From Minisyncoccota bacterium (GTDB lineage Bacteria; Patescibacteriota; Minisyncoccia; Phycocordibacterales; UBA12079), in the NCBI GenBank assembly GCA_023129575.1, contig JAGMBS010000001.1:1-58602 (forward strand): DNA of 58,602 nucleotides, written 5' to 3'. The position numbers and the translations under genes are program-made. Positions within the stretch are counted from its first letter, which is position 1; every line of letters starts with the position of its first letter. Below the pieces are notes generated by a model. It was given only the letters and a program-made list of their open reading frames with translations. It was not told the DNA's origin and made no database searches. This document shows, one piece after another, positions 7,623 to 17,529 of this stretch.

Positions 7623-9197
7623 ATGAAATACAAAGTATTAATAACAACATCAGGCATAGGACAACGTCTCGGTGAAATTACAAAATACACAAACAAAGCG
7701 CTTGTTCGTGTAGGTAAAAAGCCCTCTTTAGCATATATTATAGAATCATACCCTATTGATACATCCTTTATTATTACAATAGGATATTTTGCCAATCATA
7801 TAAAAGAATTTATTTCTCTGGCTTATCCTGACAGGGATATAAAATTTGTTGAAATTGATAATTATAATGGGAAAGGTTCCAGTTTGGGATATTCAATGCT
7901 ACAAGCAAAAAAACTTTTACAATGTCCTTTTATTTACCATGCTTCAGACACTATCGTTACTGAAAAAATACCAGAAGCAAAAGAAAACTGGATAGGGGTT
8001 TTTAAAGGGAAAGATGCTTCACAATACGCTTCTTGGAAAAAAATAAATGGGAAAACCCTTATCTTTAATGATAAAGGGGCTCTTGACTTTGATTATATTC
8101 ACATCGGACTTGTTGGGATAAATGATTATAAAAAATATTGGGAAACTTTAGAAAAGTTATATAAAAAAAATCTTTCTAACAATACATTAAACGATTGCCA
8201 AGTTATTGTCTCTATGTTATCTGATGGAGATAAGTTTAATTTAGTTTCTTTTAAACAATGGATAGACACTGGAAATGTAGCGGCTCTGCAACATGCCAGA
8301 GAACAGATTGCCGATAAATTTAATAATTTAGACAAATTAGAAGAATCAATTTTTTTATTCAACGACTTTGTAATAAAATTTTTTCATGATAAAAAAATAA
8401 TTCAAGACAGAGTTAAAAGAGGAAAATTTCTTAAAGGATTAGTTCCTGATATTGAAGGCGCGACGGAAAATTTTTACAGATATAAATATACAAAAGGAGA
8501 TTTATACGCGAATGTTGCCACACCTTCAAATTTTAATGATTTTTTAATTTGGACAAATAAAAACCTCTGGACTAAAGTTAATGGTATTAATCCAAAATTA
8601 TTTAAGAGAAAGTGCCATGAATTTTATTTTGACAAAACAAAAAAAAGAATCCAACAATTTTTAGAATCTAACAAAATAAAAGACAGGGAGAATATAATAA
8701 ATGGAGAGAAAACGCCTTCAATAGAAAAAATATTGCAAAAAGTGGATTTTGAATGGTTGGCAGATGCCGAACCATATAGATTTCACGGGGATTTTATATT
8801 AGATAATATCTTAAAAACCAAAAATGGATATTGTCTTATTGATTGGAGACATAATTTTGGCGGCTTGCTGGAAGCAGGTGATATTTATTATGATTTATCA
8901 AAACTAAATCATAATTTAACCGTCAATCACGATATAATACATAAAAATCTTTTTTCAATTAAGATAGAAAAAGATGGAAAAATAAATTGTGATATTTTAA
9001 GGAAAAATAATCTCGTTGAATGCCAGAAACTACTTTTTGATTTTCTTAAAAAAGAGGGATACAATACAAAAAAAGTTAATGTATTGACAGGGCTAATTTG
9101 GCTTAATATGTCTCCTTTACACCATTACCCCTTCAATTTATTTTTATATTATTTCGGAAAACTTCATTTATGGCGAGCAATAGGAGAAAACAAATAA
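7623..9197 (+). CDS. Bifunctional sugar-1-phosphate nucleotidyltransferase / APH-fold (choline/anomeric-sugar kinase-like) kinase fusion
   Basis: 524 aa. N-terminal NTP-transferase motif LITTSGIGQRLG...KALVRV. The C-terminal protein-kinase-like fold has the Brenner motif HGDFILDNIL and LIDWRHNFGG. Confidence 0.75.
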   Translation: MKYKVLITTSGIGQRLGEITKYTNKALVRVGKKPSLAYIIESYPIDTSFIITIGYFANHIKEFISLAYPDRDIKFVEIDNYNGKGSSLGYSMLQAKKLLQCPFIYHASDTIVTEKIPEAKENWIGVFKGKDASQYASWKKINGKTLIFNDKGALDFDYIHIGLVGINDYKKYWETLEKLYKKNLSNNTLNDCQVIVSMLSDGDKFNLVSFKQWIDTGNVAALQHAREQIADKFNNLDKLEESIFLFNDFVIKFFHDKKIIQDRVKRGKFLKGLVPDIEGATENFYRYKYTKGDLYANVATPSNFNDFLIWTNKNLWTKVNGINPKLFKRKCHEFYFDKTKKRIQQFLESNKIKDRENIINGEKTPSIEKILQKVDFEWLADAEPYRFHGDFILDNILKTKNGYCLIDWRHNFGGLLEAGDIYYDLSKLNHNLTVNHDIIHKNLFSIKIEKDGKINCDILRKNNLVECQKLLFDFLKKEGYNTKKVNVLTGLIWLNMSPLHHYPFNLFLYYFGKLHLWRAIGENK

Positions 9198-9198
9198 A

Positions 9199-10338
9199 AT
9201 GAAACATTTTACAAATTATATAGAGAGAAATAAAAGTGTAATTACCGGAAAGGAAAATCTCGAGCATCTTTACACTTTTAAAGATTTCCCAATATTTTTT
9301 GGGTGCGTAAATAATCCTCAAGAGCAAGATCTTCTGGCAGATATGGAGTGGGCAATTGATTCTGAAACCGGCGTAATACAACTTACTAAATTAATTCCGC
9401 TTGAAATTTTATATAGAGAGCAACATGTAGACGCTTTTGGAAAAATATGGGAGCAGTATTATAACGACTTCGCGAAATATATTATTTCAAGAAAACAGCC
9501 GAAAATTTTAGAGATAGGTGGTGGCAACGGAAAGTTGGCATTAACAGTCACTAAGACCGCCCCATCCGTTTTTTGGACAATAGTTGAGCCAAATCCACTT
9601 TTCCAAGGAAATAACAGAATTAAAGTTATAAATAATTTTTTTGATAAGAATTTTAAATCTGATAATAATTTTGACGCGGTAATTTTTTCTCAAGTAATGG
9701 AACACGCCTATGACCCCCGCGAATTTTTGGAAAATATCAGCGGCTTTTTAAAACCAGAAGGACATTTAATTTTTGCCTACCCAAACCTGAAATTATGGTT
9801 GAAAAATAAATTTACCAATGCCTTGAATTTTGAACATACTATGTTTTTAACAGATTATTTTGTTGATTACTTATTAGCCAAAAATGGCTTTGTTATTTTA
9901 AATAAAACAACCTATAAAGATCATAGTTTCTTTTATGATGTAAAATTTATCGGGGAAAAACAACCATTTACTTTAGAAAATAAGTATTCTGAGTATAAAA
10001 AACTCTTTATGAATTTTATAAGTTATCATAAAAATATGGTTGAGAAAATAAATAAGAAAATAAATGAGTCGGATGCGCCAATATATCTTTTTGGCGCTCA
10101 TATTTTTTCAACATTCCTTATTGTCTTTGGACTCCAATCTGCTGAGATATCGGCTATACTGGATAATAGCAAATTGAAACAAGGCCGGAGATTGTATGGA
10201 ACCAGTTTTATCGTGGATTCTCCAGAAATTTTAAGGGGCAAAGGAGCAGTAAATGTAATATTAAAAGCAGGAATTTACGACGGCGAAATTAAAAAAGATA
10301 TACTTGAAAACATTAATCCTGATGTTACATTTTGGTAA
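9199..10338 (+). CDS. SAM-dependent methyltransferase with C-methyltransferase-type C-terminal domain (NDP-sugar C-methyltransferase-like)
   Basis: 379 aa. SAM motif ILEIGGGNGKLA. The C-terminal segment IYLFGAHIFSTFL...ILDNSKLKQGRRLYGTSFIVDSPEIL resembles the TylC3-type C-terminal domain. Confidence 0.65.
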   Translation: MKHFTNYIERNKSVITGKENLEHLYTFKDFPIFFGCVNNPQEQDLLADMEWAIDSETGVIQLTKLIPLEILYREQHVDAFGKIWEQYYNDFAKYIISRKQPKILEIGGGNGKLALTVTKTAPSVFWTIVEPNPLFQGNNRIKVINNFFDKNFKSDNNFDAVIFSQVMEHAYDPREFLENISGFLKPEGHLIFAYPNLKLWLKNKFTNALNFEHTMFLTDYFVDYLLAKNGFVILNKTTYKDHSFFYDVKFIGEKQPFTLENKYSEYKKLFMNFISYHKNMVEKINKKINESDAPIYLFGAHIFSTFLIVFGLQSAEISAILDNSKLKQGRRLYGTSFIVDSPEILRGKGAVNVILKAGIYDGEIKKDILENINPDVTFW

Positions 10339-10345
10339 AAATAAA

Positions 10346-11191
10346 ATGACTACTTTAACCATATTTGCAAATTTTTTTATTGACACAGAAGAACGCTTCC
10401 TGAGAATGCAGGACTCTTTTACATCGTTTAAGTCCATTAAGTCTGACAATTGGGTAATCAACATACGTGGTAAATATCGTTTAGAAGCAATGTCTTTTTT
10501 AAAAAATAATTTAGGTGAAAAACTAATTGTATATGAACTTAATAGCCCACAGGGTTGGTTTTATGATACCAAGCAAATGCTTTCAAGTATCAATAACAAT
10601 TACATCCTTTTTTGGATAGAAGATCACATCAATCTTGCTAATACTACGTTATTAGATAAAATTGTTTTAGAAATGGATAAAAATTGCTTAGACGTTATGA
10701 GATACTCATGGTGGTGTCACGGAATACGTTGGAAGAGATATCAAAATATTAAATTAACCCATGGAAAATATATTGATTACTTTGAACAAAACGAGTTGAA
10801 CAACAAAACCATCCAGAAAAATGGTCTTTCACACCTAATAAGCTGTGTAATGGTTTTCAAAAAATCATTATTTCACAAAATTATATTAACTAGTGATCAA
10901 GATATTGAGAATTGGCCCAAAGAAACTCCTTTTAATTTTGAAAAAAAACCTTTTGATATAAAATGGCTTCCAGTAAAGGTGGCCTTACCCCGTCAGGAAC
11001 TTTTTGCTTCGATAGATGATGATGCAGGATTTAAAAATTATTGCCTTCAATCAAGAAATTTATATCCAACAAGAGAAGGGCGGAAATCATATGCTGTCAA
11101 AAACTATGAAAAAAAGTTAAACTTTATACAACAACTATTAAAGATCTTTATTAAAATAAAAACAAAAATTATAGAAAAAACGGCAAAATAA
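10346..11191 (+). CDS. Hypothetical protein (possible GT-A-like fold)
   Basis: The ORF is open from 10304. ATG at 10346 follows the upstream stop more sensibly. No clear family. FWIEDH could be an acidic nucleotide-sugar motif, which is weak evidence. Confidence 0.5.
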   Translation: MTTLTIFANFFIDTEERFLRMQDSFTSFKSIKSDNWVINIRGKYRLEAMSFLKNNLGEKLIVYELNSPQGWFYDTKQMLSSINNNYILFWIEDHINLANTTLLDKIVLEMDKNCLDVMRYSWWCHGIRWKRYQNIKLTHGKYIDYFEQNELNNKTIQKNGLSHLISCVMVFKKSLFHKIILTSDQDIENWPKETPFNFEKKPFDIKWLPVKVALPRQELFASIDDDAGFKNYCLQSRNLYPTREGRKSYAVKNYEKKLNFIQQLLKIFIKIKTKIIEKTAK

Positions 11192-12976
11192 GTGCCAACT
11201 TCTATAAATAACGTAAATATGAATAGAAATATCGCTTTTTTTATCTCTTCAAATAAGGAAAAAAATAAAGATTTTTTAAGTGCAAAAAATCATTTTTTCA
11301 ATATTGCCAATGAATTTGGATACAAAATATTTAGTTTAGAAACTAAAACTCTAAAAATTTTTATTACAGCTGAAAAAAAAGTGACAGTTACCAGAAGAAA
11401 GGATTTTATTAAGTTTCCTGTCGGTAATTTAGGAGAAAATTCTACTAAGAACGATAGATTCTTAGAAATAATCATAAGTGACAATACAGTCACTATTACA
11501 AATGATTATGCTGGAAGTATACCTACTTATTTTTCATTAAAAAAATATATTTCATTATCTAACATTGAACCGTGTGTAATTCTTGACAGTTCCACAAAAC
11601 AAAGCGATATTTCATATGAAAATACTTATGGTTTTATGCGATATTCACATTTTATCTGGGACGAAACATTATACGAACACATATTTACAGTATTACCTGA
11701 TTCTGAATATATTTTCAATGTAAAAAAACTTTCTTTTCATCCAAGATATTTACAAACAGTTAAAAGTAGTCAAACAAACGTTGGACTATCGGACAAAGAA
11801 ATTGCTACAAAACTGAATGAGTTAAATGATCGGTTAATTTATCAATCGTTGTCAAAATATGATCAAATCATATTGCCTCTTTCTTCAGGTTATGATTCAA
11901 GAATGATTTTAGCTTCAGTTTCAAAAAATAAAAACTTAAAAAATAAACTTCAGTGTTTTACCTATGGGTCTATTGGATCTGTCGAAGTTGAAGCAGGAAG
12001 AAGACTTACTAAGAAACTTGGGGTCAAATGGAAATTTTTAGATTTACCTCTGCACTATTTAACAAAAAAATATCTATTTAATACTCATGATATCTTTGGA
12101 TCTTCCTTGCATATGCATGGTATGTACCAACTAGAATTTTTTGACGAAATTAAAAAAATGATAAATGTTCAGAAAAATAGTTGCCTAACCTCAGGTTTTA
12201 TGACAGGTGTCCCCGCTGGCCAACATAACGGGTTACTTTCAATCAATAAATCAACAACAAGCCTAACAGACATAATGAATAAGTTTAGTCAAAGCAGGTA
12301 TTGGACTGATGATGAGTTAATGAAATTAGAAGCTTTTAAAAATAAAAACTACAGGGCAAAAACTGAAGAAAGATTCCAATTAGCATTTAATAGATTTGAT
12401 GGAAAAGTTTATCAAAAAGCTGTTATGTTTGATATATGGACACGACAAAGAAACTTTATTAGTTATTACCCTAGAATTCTAGAATGGAAAATCCCCACTA
12501 TTAGTCCTCATATGAATCCTGATTATGCAAATTTTTTTATGTCTTTATCAAAAAAACATTTAAATAACAGATATGCTGTTGAATTAATGTTTATTAATTA
12601 CTACCCAAAATTATCAAAGATAGTTTCAAATAGTAACGGATTAAAAAGTATTGACGGTCATCTTGATAATATTATGTTTTTTTGTTCTAGAATTTTTAAA
12701 AGATTTAAGATTCATTATTTAATACCTAAAAAATATGCGAAAAATCGTTTTGAATTTGATTTAAGTGCTCTACGGCTTACAGGGAAAGATAGTATTTATC
12801 CACTTTTAAGAAAAGATAAAAAAACGGCTAGTTTTATTAATGAAATAATTATTTATAAAGATATTGATAAATTATATCAAGCAGCCTATAAAGGTAAGCT
12901 TGCTGCATACGGTAAATTACTTACAATTCAATCAATAGCTTTATCAATGCTAAAGATAAAAAAATATGAGTCTTAA
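11192..12976 (+). CDS. Asparagine synthetase-family adenylating enzyme (PP-loop), no glutaminase Cys at the N-terminus
   Basis: 594 aa. PP-loop ILPLSSGYDSRMIL (SGGxDS variant). The N-terminus lacks the MCG nucleophile. The start may be GTG 11192 or ATG 11219. Confidence 0.65.
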   Translation: MPTSINNVNMNRNIAFFISSNKEKNKDFLSAKNHFFNIANEFGYKIFSLETKTLKIFITAEKKVTVTRRKDFIKFPVGNLGENSTKNDRFLEIIISDNTVTITNDYAGSIPTYFSLKKYISLSNIEPCVILDSSTKQSDISYENTYGFMRYSHFIWDETLYEHIFTVLPDSEYIFNVKKLSFHPRYLQTVKSSQTNVGLSDKEIATKLNELNDRLIYQSLSKYDQIILPLSSGYDSRMILASVSKNKNLKNKLQCFTYGSIGSVEVEAGRRLTKKLGVKWKFLDLPLHYLTKKYLFNTHDIFGSSLHMHGMYQLEFFDEIKKMINVQKNSCLTSGFMTGVPAGQHNGLLSINKSTTSLTDIMNKFSQSRYWTDDELMKLEAFKNKNYRAKTEERFQLAFNRFDGKVYQKAVMFDIWTRQRNFISYYPRILEWKIPTISPHMNPDYANFFMSLSKKHLNNRYAVELMFINYYPKLSKIVSNSNGLKSIDGHLDNIMFFCSRIFKRFKIHYLIPKKYAKNRFEFDLSALRLTGKDSIYPLLRKDKKTASFINEIIIYKDIDKLYQAAYKGKLAAYGKLLTIQSIALSMLKIKKYES

Positions 12977-14102
12977 ATTTTTTGCGTGCGGTGATATTGT
13001 TAACTTTAAAGCCAAAAGTGATTTTGTTAATGCAGAATTAAAAAATATTATCCAGAAATGTGACATAGCTATAGGTAATTTTGAGGCCCCGATAAAAATA
13101 CCCAATATGAAACCAATCAAAAAGGCTGGTCCTCATCTATACCAATCAGCTGAGTCCATTAAATACATGAAAACAACTGGTTTTAATTTTGTGTCTTTAG
13201 CAAATAATCATATTTATGATTATGGTCAAGAATCTTTAAAAGCCACAATTGAAGAACTACTAAAATACAAAATTGATTTTGTTGGAGGAGGCCTAAATTT
13301 TGAAGAGGTATACCAACCAAAAATTATTGAGAAAAAAGGTTTAAAAATAGGATTATTGGCTGGATGTGAAAATGAATTTGGGTGCCTATATGAAAATCAA
13401 AAGAGAGGTGGTTATGCCTGGTTATTTCACGAAAAAATAGAAGATCAGATTAGGTCCCTTAAAAAGAGTGTAAACTTTATCGTGCTGATAGCTCATGCAG
13501 GTGTTGAGGACATAGAAATTCCGATAAAAGAATGGAGAGATAGGTACAAGAGACTTTGTGATATTGGTGTTAATGTTATTATAGGTCACCATCCACACGT
13601 TCCGCAGGCATATGAAAAATATCAAAACAGTTTAATTTTTTATAGCTTGGGTAATTTTTATTTCGATAAAGGAGCATTTATCAACAAGAGTGACGATAGT
13701 TATAGTGTTATCTTAAATTTTGAAAAAGAAAAAGATATTAATTTTGAAATAATTTATCATAAAAAAATAAATGGGCAAACTTCATTAGCATGTAAAAATG
13801 ATGTAAATTTTAATTTAAACTCATTGAATAAAATGCTTGGCGATAAGTATAAAAAAAATAATGATGAAATATGTCTAAGACTTTTCAGAAAATATTATTA
13901 TAATTACTATATAAACGCTGTAGGAACATTACCAATGAATGCAAATTTTAGACAGATTATAAAATATTTAATCAAAAGATTGCTTTTTAAAAAAAATATG
14001 ATTGATAATAAAAATCTTCTTTTATTACATAATATAAGAATAGATTCACATCGGTTTGTAGTACAACGAGCACTGAGCTTAATTAGCGAAAAAATAACAT
14101 AA
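12966..14102 (+). CDS. CapA/PgsA-family metallophosphoesterase-fold protein
   Basis: 378 aa. FACGDI, SLANNH, LIAHAGVE, IIGHHPHVPQ and YSLGNFYFD motifs of the CapA family. It overlaps the upstream gene by 11 nt. Confidence 0.8.
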   Translation: MSLKFFACGDIVNFKAKSDFVNAELKNIIQKCDIAIGNFEAPIKIPNMKPIKKAGPHLYQSAESIKYMKTTGFNFVSLANNHIYDYGQESLKATIEELLKYKIDFVGGGLNFEEVYQPKIIEKKGLKIGLLAGCENEFGCLYENQKRGGYAWLFHEKIEDQIRSLKKSVNFIVLIAHAGVEDIEIPIKEWRDRYKRLCDIGVNVIIGHHPHVPQAYEKYQNSLIFYSLGNFYFDKGAFINKSDDSYSVILNFEKEKDINFEIIYHKKINGQTSLACKNDVNFNLNSLNKMLGDKYKKNNDEICLRLFRKYYYNYYINAVGTLPMNANFRQIIKYLIKRLLFKKNMIDNKNLLLLHNIRIDSHRFVVQRALSLISEKIT

Positions 14103-14106
14103 AACT

Positions 14107-14808
14107 ATGAAAATAATCAATAAAATCAAAGTTAAAATAATTTGTATGATTCGTTGTTTTTTTGCTGATGTTGAGTTTTCAAGAAAATCATATTCTCAAT
14201 TTGGAGAAGATTTAGTTTTATCTTCTTTTATTAAAACAAAAGAGAAAGGCTTTTATGTTGATGTTGGAGCATACCACCCAAAAAAATTTTCTAATACTTA
14301 TTTTTATTACACCAAAGGTTGGTGTGGAATAAATATTGACGCAAAACCTGGAAGCATGGAACTTTTTAAGGACAAACGGAAAAGAGATATTAACCTAGAA
14401 ATAGGGGTCTCTAAAAAAGAGAGGGAAACAAATTTTTATATTTTTAAAGAATCTGCTTATAATACTTTTTCAAAAAATTTGGCTGATAGATATATAAATC
14501 AAGGAATATTATTACATAAAAAAATCTCTGTTGAAACAATGAGATTGGAAAATATTCTCGATAAATATTTACCCGCTTATCAAGAAATAAGCTTTATGTC
14601 TGTTGACGCTGAGGGTTTGGATTTAGAAGTCCTCGAATCAAATAACTGGACTAAGTATAAGCCAAAATATATACTATGTGAGAGTCATGATGTTAACATA
14701 ACAAATGTTCAAGAGACTGATATTTATAAATTCTTAGTGAGCAAAGAATATAAATTAATTTCAATAGTATACCTATCATTAATTTTTGAATATGAACCAA
14801 AATCTTAA
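14107..14808 (+). CDS. FkbM-family methyltransferase
   Basis: 233 aa. SQFGEDLVL...GFYVDVGAYHP...INIDAKP...FMSVDAEGLDLEVL pattern of the FkbM domain. Confidence 0.7.
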   Translation: MKIINKIKVKIICMIRCFFADVEFSRKSYSQFGEDLVLSSFIKTKEKGFYVDVGAYHPKKFSNTYFYYTKGWCGINIDAKPGSMELFKDKRKRDINLEIGVSKKERETNFYIFKESAYNTFSKNLADRYINQGILLHKKISVETMRLENILDKYLPAYQEISFMSVDAEGLDLEVLESNNWTKYKPKYILCESHDVNITNVQETDIYKFLVSKEYKLISIVYLSLIFEYEPKS

Positions 14809-15778
14809 TACTCCTGTTTTATTTTTAATCTTTAATCGCCCTGATATTACTCAGAAAGTTTTTGATGTAATTAAAAAAGTCCAGCCAAAACAACTTTTTA
14901 TTGTTGCTGATGGAGCAAGAAATGATGAAGAATGGAAAGAGTGTGATAAAGCCAGAAATATAATTAATCAGGTTGATTGGGATTGTGAAATCCACAAAAA
15001 TTATTCTGACAAAAATCTTGGATGTAAAATAAGAGTATCCTCTGGTATTGATTGGTTTTTTGAAAATGTTGAAGAAGGCATTATTTTGGAGGATGATTGT
15101 GTCCCCCACCAAAGTTTTTTCTATTTTTGTAAAGAATTACTTGATAAATATAAAAATGATGATGAAATAATGTGTATTACCGGAAATAACTTCCAAAATA
15201 ATATAAAAAGGGGAGATTCAAGTTATTATTTCTCTATTTTTAATCATTGCTGGGGCTGGGCATCATGGAGACGAGCTTGGCAACATTTTGATATAGAAAT
15301 GAAAAGTTTCCCTGAATTTGAAAGAAAAAATAAGATAAAGAAGATATCAAATCAAAAAATTGCACAAAAATATTGGCTAAAAAATTTTCAAGCAGCTTAT
15401 GAAAATAAAGTAAACTCATGGGCTTATATTTGGACATATACATGCTGGAAGCAAAAAGGACTAACTTGTTTACCAAATATAAATCTTGTTTCTAATATAG
15501 GTTTTGATGAACAAGCTACCCACACAACGGATAAAAATAGCAAAAATGCGAATATTCCAACCCAAAAAATAATATTTCCTTTATCACATCCCAAATTAAT
15601 AAAAGTAAACAAAAAAGCAGATAATTATACCAACAAATATTACTTTAATATCAGAAGACGGAATGTTTTAACATTCACCACGGACATCCTTAAAAAAATA
15701 CTAAGGAAGTTAAAATTATTTAACATTACAAAAAGAATATACTTAAAAACTTCCAATTATATGATTAAAAAAATATGA
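14786..15778 (+). CDS. GT-A fold nucleotide-diphospho-sugar transferase (GnT-I/HlpA-like)
   Basis: 330 aa. VLFLIFNRPD...LFIVADGARN...ILEDDCVP (EDD motif) resembles the GnT-I-like bacterial family. Confidence 0.65.
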   Translation: MNMNQNLNTPVLFLIFNRPDITQKVFDVIKKVQPKQLFIVADGARNDEEWKECDKARNIINQVDWDCEIHKNYSDKNLGCKIRVSSGIDWFFENVEEGIILEDDCVPHQSFFYFCKELLDKYKNDDEIMCITGNNFQNNIKRGDSSYYFSIFNHCWGWASWRRAWQHFDIEMKSFPEFERKNKIKKISNQKIAQKYWLKNFQAAYENKVNSWAYIWTYTCWKQKGLTCLPNINLVSNIGFDEQATHTTDKNSKNANIPTQKIIFPLSHPKLIKVNKKADNYTNKYYFNIRRRNVLTFTTDILKKILRKLKLFNITKRIYLKTSNYMIKKI

Positions 15779-16596
15779 AAATGATCAATTTAGGTTGTGG
15801 AAAAAGTTATCACAAAGATTGGATAAATATCGATTTTAAATCCAATAATAAAAAAGTAATTCAATATAATTTATTGAAAGGGATTCCTTATCCCGATAAC
15901 TATTTTGATGTAGTATATCATTCACATTTGCTTGAACATTTTTCTAAATCTGATGCAATAAATTTTATTAAAGAATGCTACCGAGTATTAAAGCCGGGAG
16001 GGATTATCAGAATTGCCATACCAAACTTAGAAGAAATCATTAACAACTATAAAAAATATCTAGACCTTGCTATGAAAGGAGATAAATTAGCAATAGCAAA
16101 TTATGATTGGATAATGCTTGAATTATATGATCAATGTGTTCGTAATTATAGTGAGGGTGAAATGGGGAAATATCTAAAAAAGAAACAGATTCCTAATAAA
16201 GAATACTTATATAGAAGAATTGGATATTTCCGTGATGGTAGCAAAAAAGACAGTCTTGTTATCAACAAAACCACTTTTTTGTTTAAAATAAAATCTATTA
16301 TCAAAAAATTTATTCCTGTTAAAAAAATCCGGATTTTTTTAACAAAACTAAAAAATAAAATCCCAAAAGGAAAATATAAACAACTTGGTAAATTTAGATT
16401 ATCAGGTGAGATTCATCAATGGATGTACGATAGATTTTCTTTATCTAGATTATTACAAAATTGTAATTTCAAAAAACTCAAAATATATCAAGCCAATGAA
16501 AGTAACATCCCCAACTGGAATAATTATAAATTAGATATAAACGAAGAAGGAGTTATACGAAAACCTGATTCTTTATTTATAGAGGCAAAAAAATAA
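15775..16596 (+). CDS. Class I SAM-dependent methyltransferase
   Basis: 273 aa. INLGCGKSYHKDWINIDF...FDVVYHSHLLEHF...LKPGGIIRIAIPN. 4-nt ATGA overlap with the upstream gene. Confidence 0.8.
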   Translation: MKMINLGCGKSYHKDWINIDFKSNNKKVIQYNLLKGIPYPDNYFDVVYHSHLLEHFSKSDAINFIKECYRVLKPGGIIRIAIPNLEEIINNYKKYLDLAMKGDKLAIANYDWIMLELYDQCVRNYSEGEMGKYLKKKQIPNKEYLYRRIGYFRDGSKKDSLVINKTTFLFKIKSIIKKFIPVKKIRIFLTKLKNKIPKGKYKQLGKFRLSGEIHQWMYDRFSLSRLLQNCNFKKLKIYQANESNIPNWNNYKLDINEEGVIRKPDSLFIEAKK

Positions 16597-16599
16597 ACT

Positions 16600-17529
16600 A
16601 TGGAAAATAATAATAAAAACATGATTACTAATCCACTAACAAAAACAACAAATATTAAATTGATTGAAAGTATTTCAGCAAATTCTATAATCAAAAATTA
16701 TCAAGAACAATTACAAATTAGTGTAAAAGATTATTTTCAGGGATTAAAAACAATTAAGTTGTATGAATGTCATGATACAGGATATAAATTCTTTTATCCT
16801 CCTAAAATTATGGGGGATGAAAAATTTTATGAAAAACTAAGTAAATTCCCTTGGTATTATATGAACTGGAAATGGGAACATGACATTGTTAACAACATAA
16901 TAAACAAAGAAAATAAAATATTAGAAATTGGTTGTGCCAAAGGTGGTTTTTTAGAAAAAATAAAACTACGAAATAAACAAGTGGTTGGTTTGGAATTTAA
17001 TAAAAAAGCAATAAAAAACTGTAGACAAAGAGGTTTAAATGTATTCAACCAAACAATACAAGAACATTCAAAAAATAATAAAAACTGTTATGATATAGTA
17101 TGTTCCTTCCAAGTAGCTGAACATATTCCAAATATTAATGAATTTATACAATCATCAATAGATTGCCTCAAACCAGGAGGGAAATTAATTATAAGCGTCC
17201 CTAATAATGACACAGAAATGCTTGACAATTCAGCCTTAAACACACCTCCTCATCATATAAATCTTTTTAACATAAATTCACTAATTAAAATACAAAATTA
17301 TTTTAATATAAAAGTTGATTCATTTTATATTGAACCATTACAAAAATATCATACCGGATTTTATAGGAAAGAGATAAAAACAAAATTATCCCAGAAACTT
17401 AAGAAAAAATTCAAAGTTTTCTCTCCTCTATTACAACCATTTGCAAATCGTATTGCTGATTTTGTGATTAGATCATTATCCAAACACATAATAGGTCATA
17501 CTATTTTATTTATTTATACAAAAGAATGA
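16600..17529 (+). CDS. Class I SAM-dependent methyltransferase
   Basis: 309 aa. ILEIGCAKGGFLE...YDIVCSFQVAEHIPN...LKPGGKLIISVPN. Confidence 0.8.
   Translation: MENNNKNMITNPLTKTTNIKLIESISANSIIKNYQEQLQISVKDYFQGLKTIKLYECHDTGYKFFYPPKIMGDEKFYEKLSKFPWYYMNWKWEHDIVNNIINKENKILEIGCAKGGFLEKIKLRNKQVVGLEFNKKAIKNCRQRGLNVFNQTIQEHSKNNKNCYDIVCSFQVAEHIPNINEFIQSSIDCLKPGGKLIISVPNNDTEMLDNSALNTPPHHINLFNINSLIKIQNYFNIKVDSFYIEPLQKYHTGFYRKEIKTKLSQKLKKKFKVFSPLLQPFANRIADFVIRSLSKHIIGHTILFIYTKE

Noticed and set aside
10304-10345. N-terminal ORF extensions in the track (10304, 38166, 42173, 56507)
   Set aside because: Each extension overlaps the upstream gene or a non-coding repeat. In each case an internal ATG gives a more typical N-terminus, at 10346, 38139, 42152 and 56408.
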